Below, one piece after another: positions 1 through 22,915 of a stretch of 64,000 nt of DNA. Each line of letters starts with the position of its first letter. Within the stretch, counting starts at the first letter, position 1. Origin of the DNA: Eledone cirrhosa. Lineage: Eukaryota. A model generated the notes under the pieces. That model made no database searches. It had not been told where the DNA came from and was given only the letters and a program-made list of their open reading frames with translations. Where the stretch lies: positions 124,001 through 188,000 of the forward strand of contig CAXHJY010001677.1 in assembly GCA_964016885.1 (NCBI GenBank), given 5' to 3'. The position numbers were made by a program, and so were the translations under genes.

Positions 1-2
1 AA

Positions 3-60
3 CTCAGGACATCCCTATTATTTGGATGTCTAAAAATACGGATGAAACCATGGTAGAGAT
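3..60 (+). ncRNA. Degenerate hammerhead-like motif (end of a PLE that starts before the window)
   Basis: CTCAGGA (one mismatch to CTGANGA) - ATCC...GGAT stem II - GAAA - palindromic ACCATGGT stem III - TA; stem I is cut by the window edge. Confidence 0.35.
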
Positions 61-348
61 TTAATTACGGTATGTACGCATTTCTTCTAAGTTTAATTTT
101 ACACCTAATTGTGTATGGTTGATGATATATTTAGTCAGTTTCTACATGCTGTCGAAATGTTGGATAAATACCCTATTGGGGCCACCGCGAAGAGGCCACT
201 CTAGGTTATTTGTCGGAGATTTCTTCATAAGAGCCTTTCTTCTTATAGCTTGGTCTAATTGATTTTTTATATGGTTAATTATGCTAATTAGAACAGGGAA
301 ATAGTATATATTTTATCTAATAATTCTAAGGACATGATTTATGATATA

Positions 349-404
<56 letters not shown>

Positions 405-644
405 GTTTTGCGAGGTTTTTATATGAAATCGTGTGTCGAAACAAATATTGTTATATTTGAGGAGGGTCATATTTGTGTAATATTGCCAGAATTAATAACA
501 GAACACATTCACTGTTTGGTTGGTTTTCGCTTCTCGCTATCTTTTATATCGGTAATCTAACTTACTCGGTCCTCAATGTTGCCATTGACTGACCGACGGT
601 CAAAAATAATACAGATACAATATAGACACAAACACATATTTATA

Positions 645-692
645 GTTTATCATAAATCTTTCGTTGCACATCTGCAACATCGTCAGTGGTGT
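645..692 (-). ncRNA. Minimal type I hammerhead ribozyme in PLE 3' UTR
   Basis: Minus strand: CTGACGA-T-GTTGCA gatg TGCAAC-GAAA-GATT-TA; stem I weak (2 bp then mismatch). Confidence 0.7.
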
Positions 693-928
693 TATAATTT
701 CCTACTGTTGTGTTGTATGTCTACGCCATTTTTATTCAGTCTGTCTATATATTTATTTATTTATTTGCTTGTTTGTTTATTTTATTTCGTTTCTTTGCGC
801 ATGCGTTTGCGTGTGTGTATAGTGTTATGTTTGCTGTGTGATGGGTGACTAGTGTGTGTTTATGTGCTTGTTGTTATTGTGCTTGTGTATGTATTTATTT
901 ATTTATTTATCTTATTTTATTTACTTAT

Positions 929-2236
929 TTATACTTCTCTTAGGTCAGTGTTGTTTGTTTGGGTGTTGTTGTTATTCCATTCATTCTTTCTGTTTAGCTT
1001 TGGTCTTCTAATTTCTATTTCACTGGCCTCTCTGATTTGCCTATCTGCTAGGTCATTTCTATGTTTAGATATTATTCTAATTTTTATGTTGTCTATGTTA
1101 CCGTCATGTTGTTGTCTAGCATGTTCGTATAGTACTGAGCCGTTTTTTCGTCCTTTTAGTTCCCCCCAGTGTTGGTCTATCCTTTCACCTATGCTACGAG
1201 CTGTCTCACCTATGTATGTTGTTGTCATGTTTCTGCAAGTACCCTCTGTACATCTTATGCTATAGACTACGTTTCTAGTTTTACAGTTTATCCTGGGGTT
1301 CACCTTACATATGATACATTTCCTATTGGTACAGTGGGTTTTCTTAAAAGGGTAGGTTTTGCTGATCAGGGATTTTATGGTGGTTCCTGGCTTTTCTACC
1401 ACCTTTATTTTTAAGTGGGTCTTTCTCAGGGCCTTTCTACACTGGCTAGCTAATTTCCCTCCAGGAGTGGCGTCCACAAACATGACACTCTGGTATCTCT
1501 GGTTGTCGTACCATGAGGTTGCTTTCCCTATCTTATGTCTAGCCCTATCTAAGCTATTCCATGATTTGCTCCTGTATAATGGGAAAATTCCTTTCATGTC
1601 CAGTTCTATGAGGGTCTTATACTTTTCCATGGCTCCGTCGTATACTCTGACTCTGTCTCTTTGGTTGTAGCCAGAGAACTGCATGCGGTTGATGAAGTGT
1701 TGGATGTGTCTTTCCATTTCTGTTGCGTCGCACATGCTGGACACATTCTTCATCACTCGTACCAAATCTGCGATCAGAATATTAAACTTAGCACAACTGG
1801 ACATTGCTGAGTTTTTGAGTATCAGGTATTTGGAGGCCATGGGTTTAGCATAGTGTGAGTGGAGAATTTGGGCTCTCTCGTCTATAGTGTTAATCCAGAG
1901 TTCTGTGTCTAATACAGGTAGTCTATTGTTAGGGTGTTTGGAAGGGAAGTCGATAGTTACAGTTATACTCTGGTGTATGGAATTAGCTATCTGCTGGATG
2001 CTTTCCATCGTGCTACGTTCTAAATCAAACTTGTTAGTGCTCTCTAGTGGGGGTGTTCTTATAACTATATTGATATCGTCTACATAACGAGAGTACATGA
2101 TGCGGTCTATGGAGCTTTCATTAAGGAGATCTTTAAGTCTCCTTTCCCACCATACAATGAAAAGGTTGGCAACATCACCAGCTATACTGACGCCGATGGC
2201 TGCTCCCTCATTTTGTGTGTAGATTTTCTCGTTGAA
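929..2236 (-). pseudogene. PLE polyprotein, C-terminal part: RT (motifs B-E), thumb, Zn finger, GIY-YIG endonuclease
   Basis: [20 protein letters not shown], CxxCxxC, VVYSIRC...YIGETARS...ERxxxH...EA...LN; the first ~24 aa of the listed ORF come from the inverted repeat. Confidence 0.9.
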
Positions 2237-2339
2237 TTCTGGCAATATTACACAAATATCACCCTCCCCAAGTATAACAATATTTATTTCGACACACGAT
2301 TTCATATAAAAAAACCTCGCAAAACTAATTCATCGCCGC

Positions 2340-2445
<106 letters not shown>

Positions 2446-2482
2446 TATTATTATTTATATTAATACTATATATACATATATG

Positions 2483-2541
<59 letters not shown>

Positions 2542-2729
2542 GTGTGTATATATATATATATATGTTTATATATGTATATGTATATATGTATATATATATG
2601 TATATAAATATATATGTATATGTATATATAGAGATGTATATATATATATGTATATATATATATGTATATATATATATGTATACATCTATATATATACATA
2701 TACATATATATATATATATATAAAATATA

Positions 2730-2784
<55 letters not shown>

Positions 2785-2787
<3 letters not shown>

Positions 2788-2958
2788 TTTTAATATAGAT
2801 GAGATTCTACAGGACTAGAACTGTTTCATTCATTAGAAATCATCAGGAATGAAACAGTTCTAGTCCTGTAGAATCTCATCTATATTAAAACCTTTATACT
2901 CTGCTATGTATTGAGTACCTTACTTACTGTGGTTACCTCCGATTCAACCCGGAATAAC

Positions 2959-2959
<1 letters not shown>
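2785..2959. mobile_element. Short PLE-terminus fold-back insertion containing an HHR core
   Basis: Perfect 47-bp inverted arms 2785-2831 / 2847-2893; minus strand reads CTGATGA-TTTC taat GAAT-GAAAC agttcta GTC; same family as 32095-32280 and 33899-34085; TA-flanked. Confidence 0.75.
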
Positions 2960-3045
<86 letters not shown>

Positions 3046-3059
3046 CATATATATATATA

Positions 3060-3741
3060 GTAATAATAATAAATTTGAAGACTAAAATCCAAAGAGGGCT
3101 CGATAAGGATAAATATATATCAAATATATAAGAACCGTAGAGCAAATATTTATTAAAATAACAGATTAAAGTTTAAGCAAAGAATCGCTGCTTTCACCCT
3201 TAACGGGATCTTCTGAAACTAACAAAGTCAATCTGTAAACGCAGAAGTGGATATTTCAATAAACGTTGCAACCGGAGGAAGACAGGAAGACGAAACTTTG
3301 GTTCGTGGAATCGTTCCCTGGCAAAGAACGGGAAAAAACGAAAATAATACGTCATTAATAGGAGCGGTGAAAAACAATTTCGCGCAAAGACAGAACCACG
3401 ATTATGGTATAAAAGAGGTCGTAGACTAATCTTCTCTTAGATGTTTCATAGAGACGGTCTCTGGCAATGAACAAAAAAAACGAAGATAATACGTCATATG
3501 TGGAGCGTGGAGAACAACTGCACATAAAGACAAAACCACGTAAATGGTATAGCAGAAGTCGTAGACTAAAATTCTAAGTAGGAGACCGAATGAATCTCCG
3601 CTTCAGAGTTAAGAATAAAGTAAATAAATACAATACAGAGGTAATAGAAATTAAATAAATACATACACGCATACACATATGTACATAAACAAGCATACGC
3701 GAAAACACTTACCATAGGTATACAAAACCACACACATATAA

Positions 3742-3787
<46 letters not shown>

Positions 3788-4631
3788 ATACAAATAAATA
3801 AATAATTAAATAAACGTATATAAATAAATAAATACGTATATAAAAGCGCACACACATACCTACATGTAAATACACAAATGTTCGGACACGAAAGTCAACC
3901 AAAACATGAAGTACACATATACACACACCCTACATACGTACGAACCTGCATACTCACACAGACGCAAAACTCCCGTATACACATAACCAAATCATATGTA
4001 CCAGAATATATAAAATTATACGCCATAACATATACAATCAAATATACGTACGAAAAAGTAAACGTACCTTCACAAAACATACATGTAATATATACTTACC
4101 TATGCAAATAAGTAATGGTATAAACAAAACATATACTCAAGACGTAAAATATCCACGTATAGATCGTACTATCCGTTAGGGTATAACGTGGGGCTATAAT
4201 ACAGGAAAGTTTTGTGCAATTTATGTTTACAAGCCGAAGTTGCCTCAGATTTTTTGTTTAAGATGTGGTCTGTGGCGTAGAGTATTTCCAGGGCCTCAGC
4301 GGCGCAGAGGTCACATGGTCTTTTATTTCCGTTATACGATCTAGCCCTAGCTAGCATCTCCCAGTGTAACTTATATTGGGTGTGGTTGTCTTTTAGACTC
4401 CAGATACAAGGTGAAAGTGAAGTCATATTCCTTCTTAAAGGGTAACGAAAAGAATGGGTATGCATGTAAGGACGCTGCTTGAATCTATTAGCGGTTAAAC
4501 CTATGTAGGCCCTACGGGACGTGGGTGTTTCAACCTTACATTTGTAGACTATGTTACTAGAGAGGCATTTCCCGGAGAGGGGGCAATCAACCCTATTCCT
4601 ACAATTACAGTTAGTACTAACTACAGGGTTG
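3060..4631 (-). mobile_element. Naiad-like PLE 3' fragment (GIY-YIG endonuclease 4169-4631 plus long 3' UTR)
   Basis: CNCR...[13 protein letters not shown]...YIGLT..RFKQR...SF...CDLC..E...LN..SE..CKH; degenerate HHR-like CAGAAGA-CCC/GGG-GAAA at ~3185-3212 (-); ~140-bp tandem duplication 3310-3570. Confidence 0.8.
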
Positions 4632-4698
4632 CATATATATATATATATATACATATATATTTAGATTTATACATATATATATATATATATTTATATAC

Positions 4699-4733
<35 letters not shown>

Positions 4734-4735
4734 CA

Positions 4736-4783
<48 letters not shown>

Positions 4784-4790
4784 TATATAC

Positions 4791-4865
<75 letters not shown>

Positions 4866-5052
4866 TTTTTACATATATATATACATATATATATACACAT
4901 ATACATATATATATATACTTATAAATATATACATATATATACATATATACATATATATATATACATATATACATATATACATATATACATATATACATAT
5001 ATATATATATAAATATATATATATATACATATATATATACACACATATATAC

Positions 5053-5083
<31 letters not shown>

Positions 5084-5098
5084 CATATATATATATAC

Positions 5099-5141
<43 letters not shown>

Positions 5142-5154
5142 TATACATATATAC

Positions 5155-5200
<46 letters not shown>

Positions 5201-5211
5201 GTACTCGTTCC

Positions 5212-5282
<71 letters not shown>

Positions 5283-5326
5283 GTACATATATATATACAT
5301 ATATATATATATGTACATATATATAC

Positions 5327-5436
<110 letters not shown>

Positions 5437-5471
5437 ACATATACATACATATATATATATACATATGTATA

Positions 5472-5881
5472 TGGTGGCTGCCAACTCGTTTTCGAGTACG
5501 GCCACTACTTTATATCCATGTAGGAGAACCCCTACCGATACGCTGAACGAGTGTGTCTTTTTAGTCCAGCCAGCGACATGAAAACTCTGGTACAAACACT
5601 ACACTTGTAACAATTATACACTCATAGTGCTTGGCCCATGGTACCATGAGACGACAAGTGCAGAGAGACCTCCAGATATAAAGCAATTCCTGTGCCGTGA
5701 AGCTTTTATAGTGAGCAAAGGCACTGCACAAAGCCAGTACCACTCTCTTAACGAAGATGATATTTACCAAAAAGAAGAACAAGTCAACATCATTGGATAC
5801 CATCAAGGTTGCAGGTGTTATATCAGAGTTTTCCTTCTCCTAGTATTCTGCCTTGACAAAGGCTAAGGGGTCATCTCTCCC
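5472..5881 (-). mobile_element. RTE-derived non-autonomous retroelement, 5'-truncated
   Basis: Matches 7667-8075; RTE-5'UTR-like TAGGAGAAGGAAAACTCTGA and C2H2 zinc-finger remnant followed by terminal hairpin. Confidence 0.7.
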
Positions 5882-5912
5882 ATATGTATATATACATATA
5901 TATACATACATA

Positions 5913-5946
<34 letters not shown>

Positions 5947-5998
5947 CACATATATATATACATATATATATATACATATATATATATACATATATACA

Positions 5999-7279
5999 GT
6001 ATTTACATATCGAGAGAGAGAAAAAAGGGGAGGATAGGTGATACATATAGTTATTTGCCAAGTAGCGTATGTGGTAAGATCACCAAGACACAGCACCTCG
6101 ACATAGACGCACCTACACCTGACAATAACTATATCGGCCTTAACAACTCCCTGGCAGAATCCAATAGTGTTGGCAACGGCGACCGCAGACGCAACCAGCA
6201 TAACCGAGAAATGACTGGGGAACATGCAGGACATGACATGCGGAATAACAATCGCACCACCCCGCGTGCTGTGGGTTGTAATGGTGCTAACGACAGCTGC
6301 GGTAGCGTAGGTTACAACGTAGGCAGCAACAATGATAGCCTTACCGTGGGAAATAGACGGAACCGCGACAGAAATTGCAACTGCCGCGACAGAGGACGAT
6401 GCCCCCTTAGAGGATACCGCTTGACTGATAGGGTTATATATAGATGCACTATTACTAGCCACAATAGCGTTAAACATCATATAGGGGCTACCTCCGGTCC
6501 GTTCAAAATTAGGTTTCGAACACATCTCCACTCTTTCACAAATAGAAACCTAAGGCACTCATCTTCGCTCGCTGATTACATCACAACACTAAATGACTTA
6601 AACATCAGCTTCTCCACGCACTGGGATATTGTAGGCAGGGCTGCACCGTACAACTTCAAGAGGAATTGCGATCTTTGCCTCATGGAGCTCTACCATATTA
6701 TAACTGCACCCCACGAGCTCATCAACAGCAGAGCTGAAACAGCGATAGGTTGTACACATCGCTTAAAAATATCCTTCTTCAGATGGGTTAAGGATGAGGA
6801 GTGAAACCGTGCACCGGATCTCCCTACAATAAGTCTTAACACCCCGACGGGCAGGCGCTGCAAAACAACACCCAGGAAACAATCCTTGCATACCAGACCC
6901 AGCCCCAAACGACTCAGACAAAGAGATGCGGCAAAAAAAACAAGAAAAAAAAGATCTCAAAATAAGCGTTGATTACATGCGTATCGACAATGGTAAGGTT
7001 GTAACCTCATCTCGTAGCAGATAAAACAATTTGTCCGGGATAGACTGCCCTAACACCGGCCAGAGTTACCTCCATTGACCTGCTGCAAAATCAAACAAGC
7101 TATTTTTGCGAGCAATGAACCTTGACGTGGATTTAACCCCAAAATCTCTTTCCGAACAATATAAGGAACACTTTTGATTATTTATGCCCTTGAGAAACCC
7201 AACTGGGCGAAACGTACGTAGGTGCTGTTTTAAATAAACATGTTTTAACGGTCTATTCTCCGATTTCTTACTTTCCCAC
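5999..7279 (+). mobile_element. Naiad-like PLE 3' fragment (GIY-YIG ORF ~6073-6804) with inverted extreme 3' tail at 5999-6072
   Basis: CNCRDRGRCPLRGY..VIYRC..HIGATSGPFKIRF..CDLCLMEL..CTH; highly similar to 9590-10710 on the other strand; 5999-6072 matches 9432-9505. Confidence 0.88.
7178..7237 (+). ncRNA. Hammerhead ribozyme, U3-A8 core variant
   Basis: TTGAGAA-ACCC aact GGGC-GAAA-CGTACG-TA; palindromic stem III; distal stem I TTATTTA/TAAATAA. Confidence 0.65.
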
Positions 7280-7283
7280 GTAT

Positions 7284-7380
<97 letters not shown>

Positions 7381-7399
7381 TATACCAATATATACATAC

Positions 7400-7432
<33 letters not shown>

Positions 7433-7563
7433 CATATATATATTTATATATATACTTACATATATATATATACATATATATATATATACATATATATATA
7501 CATATATATATATACATATATATATATATACATATACATATATATATACATATATATATATAC

Positions 7564-7594
<31 letters not shown>

Positions 7595-7666
7595 CATATA
7601 TATACATATATATACATATATATACATACATATATATACATGCATATATACATATATATATATATA

Positions 7667-8275
7667 TGGTGGCTGCCAACTCGTTTTCGAGTACGGCCAC
7701 TACTTTATATCCATGTAGGAGAACCCCTACTGATGCGCTGAACGAATGTAACTTTTTAGTCCAGCCAGCGACTTGAAAACTCTGGTACAAACACTACACT
7801 TGTGACAATTACTGACACATAGTGCTGGGCCCATGGTACCATGTGACGACAAGTGCAGAGATATCTCCAGATATAAAGCAATGCCTGTGCCGTGAAGCTT
7901 TTATAGTGAGCAAAGGCACTGCACAAAGCCAGTCTCACTCTCTTAACCAAGATGATATTTACCAAAAAGAAGAACAAGTCAACATCATTGGATACCATCA
8001 GGGTTGCAGGTGTTACATCAGAGTTTTCCTTCTCCTAGAATTCTGCCTTGACAAAGGCTAAGGGGTCATCTCTCCCGGTGATTTTGGATGGCCTTTGACT
8101 CTTAAGAGCTCCTTTGCCCTTTGACAGGTTTTGTTTTTAGTCCTGCAGGATGTCCAAAGTCACCCTCCTCACCAAGAAACCTTGGTGGGGTTGCCAGTTT
8201 AGTCGCCAACGACCCGACCATGGGACAGGTTATACTGGGATACATGTTACCAGTAGCACCAACTGGTGACCTGAC
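7667..8275 (-). mobile_element. Apparently full-length (~610 bp) bipartite RTE-derived non-autonomous element
   Basis: Structured 5' leader, RTE 5'UTR-like motif, 3' part encodes [18 protein letters not shown]... (RTE C-terminal zinc finger), terminal hairpin GTGGC..ACTCG tttt CGAGT..GCCAC, microsatellite tail; copy at 15375-15983. Confidence 0.7.
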
Positions 8276-8528
8276 ATACATACATACATACATACATACA
8301 TACATACATACATACATACATACATACATACATACATACATTCATACATACATACATACATACATACATACATACATACATACATTCATACATGCATACA
8401 TTCATACATAGATACATAGATACATACATACATACATACATACATTCATACATACATACATACATACATACATACATACATACATACATACATACATACA
8501 TACATAGATACATACATACATACATACA

Positions 8529-9054
8529 TGATGGCTACCTCCTCGTATTCAAGTATGGCCATTGCATGATATACCATTATTAATTAATTCTATCGTGCAA
8601 TGCCTGTGCGTGAAGATATTTTTTAAAGTGAAGAAAGACTGTGCAATGAGCCAAACCCACTCTCTGAGCGGCAGTAGCTATAACCCGAAAAGAAGAAAAT
8701 ATCAACATTATCGGTAATTACTGTGCCGCATGTTTTATATCGGAGTTATCCTAGTTTCCTGAGTTGCCTTCTCCTAGAAGAATGCCCTGACAAAGGCTAG
8801 GGGTCCTTCACTCCCAGTGGTTAAACCGCGCGGTACATGTCTATATACATATTTACACACTTTCGGATGGCTGTTGACTCTTATGAGTTCTTCCGCCCTT
8901 TGTTAGGTTTTGTTTTTTGTACTGCAGGGTGTCCAAAATCACCCTCCTCACCAAGTAAACTTGGTGGGGTTGCCGGTTTAGTTGCCGACGACCCGACCAT
9001 GTGACAGATTGTACTAGGTTACATGTTACCAGTAGCACTCAAGAGTGACCTGAC
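8529..9054 (-). mobile_element. Second subfamily of the RTE-derived non-autonomous element with (ATGT)n tail
   Basis: Alignable 5' leader, middle and 3' hairpin to 7667-8275; copy at 16585-17110. Confidence 0.65.
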
Positions 9055-9431
9055 ATAACATACATACATACATACATACATACATACATACATACATACA
9101 TACATACATACATACATGTTGGCTGCCAACTCATATTCGAGTACGGCCACTACTTTATATCCATGTAGGAGACCCCCTACCGATGCGCTGAACGAGTGTG
9201 ACTTTTTAGTCCAGCCAGCGACTTGAAAATTCTGGTACAAACACTACACTTGTGAAAATTACTGACAGAGTTTTCCTTCCCATACATATATATATACATA
9301 CATATCAGAGTTTTCCGTCTCCTACATATATATACATACATATATACATATATATGTATACTTATATATGCATATATATATATACATATATATATACATA
9401 TATATATATGCATATATATATATATACATAT

Positions 9432-11555
9432 AGTATTAACGTATCGAGAAAGAGAGAAAAAGGAGGGATAGGGGATACATATAGTTATTTGCCAAGTAGC
9501 GTATGCCAAAGGTGCTCGATACTAGTGCCGGCAGTATTAAATATTCGAAGTGTTAATATTTAGTGGGCTAGAGAGTTAGCAGAGCGTAAGCACGTGGGAA
9601 AGTGAAAAATCGGAGAATAGACCGTTAAAACATGTTTATTTAAAATATCACCTACGTACGTTTCGCCCAGTTGGGCTTCTCAAGGGCATAAATAATCACA
9701 AGTGTTCCTTATATAGTTCGGAAAGAGTTTTGGGGGTTAAATCCACATCAAGATTCATTGCTCGCAAAAATATCTTGTTTTGATTTTGCAGCAGGTCAAG
9801 GGAGGTAACTCTGGCCGGTGTTAGGGCAGTCTTTCCCGGATAATTTTTTTTTTTTTTTTTTTTCCCCGTTTGTCTGAGGCTGGGTCTGGTATGCAAGGAT
9901 TGTTTTCTGGGTGTTATTTTGCTGCGCCTGCCCGCCGGGGTGTTAAGACTTGTTGCAGGGAGATCCAGTGTACTATTTCACTCTTCATTCTTAACCCATC
10001 TAAAGAAGGATATTTTTAAGCGATGTGTACAACTTACCGCTGTTTCAGCTCTGCTGTTGATGAGCTCGTGGGGTGCAGTTATGATGTGGTAGAGCTCCAT
10101 GAGGCAAAGATCGCATTTCCTCTTGAAGTTGTACGGTGCAGCCCTGCCGACAATCTCCCAGTGCGTGGAGAAGCTAATGTTTAAGTCCTTTAGTGATGTG
10201 ATGTAGTCCGCGAGCGAGGTGGAGTGCCTTAGTTTTCTATTTGTGAAAGAGTGGAGATGTGTTCGAAACCTAATTTTGAACGGGCCGGAGGTGGCCCCTA
10301 TATAATGTTTAACGCTATTGTGGCTAGTAATAGTGCATCTATATATAACCCTATCGGTCAAGCAGTATCCTCTAAGGGGGCATCGTCCTCTGTCGCGGCA
10401 GTTGCAATTTCTGTCGCGGTTCCGTCTATTTCCCACGATAAGGCTATCATTGTTGCTGCCTACGTTGCTAGCTGCGCTACCGCAGCTGTCGTTAGCAGAA
10501 TTACAACCTACAGCACGCGGGATGGTGCGATTGTTATTCCGCACGCCATGTTCTGCATGTTCCCCAGTCCCTTCGCGGTCATTCTGGTTGCGTCTGCGGA
10601 TGCCGTTGCCAACACTATTGGATGCTGTCAGGGAGTTGTTAAGGCCGATACAGTTATTGTCAGGTGTAGGTGCGTCTGCGTCGAGGTGCTGTGTCTTGGT
10701 GATCTTACTGTGGTTCGTTGTTCCTATGATGTCTGCTAGGTTAGGAGTAGTAGAGAAGGATATTTTTATTTTGTTCCTATTAATAATTTTTCTATACCTA
10801 TGGTTGGGTGGGAAGTTCTTCTCTAAGGCTTCGAAGAATATCCGGGGTATGTTGGAGGCGACACTTCGAGAGTAGGGGTGTGGAACCATAGGACGTTACG
10901 GTGGCGATTACGTGTCCTTGTACCTTTGCTACTGGTGGTTCCATCTAAGTGATCGCTCTTATGTGTGTTAATGCGCTGTCGCCCGTACGGTGCCCCTTTC
11001 ACTTTATGCTCGGGTGCACTCTTTCTACCACTTCCATGTTTATGTACACGAAGATGTTGGTTGGAAGGCGTTGGTAGTAGGCCGTCGCCTTTGTTGGTTT
11101 TGTAATAGGGGAATAGTTTGAGTAATCTACAGTATTCACCGTCGCCGGGACGTGATCTTTGGTGCGGTTATCTATTCTATTATATCCGACTTTAACGAGG
11201 TCGCCGCGTGATCGGTTATAGGTATGGCTTACTATAACGTTAGTTTTATGAGGGGGGTGGTTTCTAGAGCTAGCGTTAGGGATGTAGGAGATTCCTCGGT
11301 TAAAGCCGGCGCTTATCAGGGCCCTATTGTAGTAATCAGCCGCTTGGTTGAAGATATCCTCATTGGCGGATAGCCTCGAGATTCTATGTGAGATACTATA
11401 GACTATGGAGTTGAGAGTCTGCTTAGGGTGGTTGGAATCATAATTAATATAAGAGAGGCACTCTCCAGGCTTATGGTATGGCTTGTACTCAACTCCAGGG
11501 TCACATCCAGGAAGTTGACAACCCTGTGGTTGAGGTCCATAGTTACGGAAAGTTA
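9432..11555 (-). mobile_element. Naiad-like PLE, 5'-truncated and frameshifted (end of RT, thumb, GIY-YIG, 3' UTR with HHR)
   Basis: [40 protein letters not shown]; (WF)..PYS..V.SNI...FP..H...KI.NR..IKISFS; CNCR..CPL.G.CL; YIGAT; CDLC. Confidence 0.9.
9636..9696 (-). ncRNA. Hammerhead ribozyme, U3-A8 core variant
   Basis: Minus strand: TTGAGAA-GCCC aact GGGC-GAAA-CGTACG-TA-GG. Confidence 0.7.
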
Positions 11556-11652
11556 CATATATATATACATATATATACATATATATGTACATACATACAT
11601 ATACATATATATACATACATACATATGCCTACATACATATACATACATACAT

Positions 11653-22910
<11,258 letters not shown>

Positions 22911-22915
22911 TACAA

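Noticed and set aside
2236-2305. ATG start making 929-2305 look like a complete gene
   Set aside because: The N-terminal residues come from the inverted 3'-end copy; RT motifs upstream of B are missing
3310-3570. SECIS element in Naiad 3' UTR (ATGAC motifs on minus strand)
   Set aside because: No apical AA or closing GA quartet at the right spacing, and no in-frame TGA in the 4169-4631 ORF
8150-8275. Canonical HDV-like or twister ribozyme call
   Set aside because: Could not place HDV P1/P3/P1.1 or the twister UAA/P2 consistently in both subfamilies; kept only as an unassigned structured leader
10251-10875. Antisense ORFs over the Naiad GIY-YIG region (also 5863-6531, 18290-18914)
   Set aside because: Shadow ORFs of the coding strand with no independent domain signal
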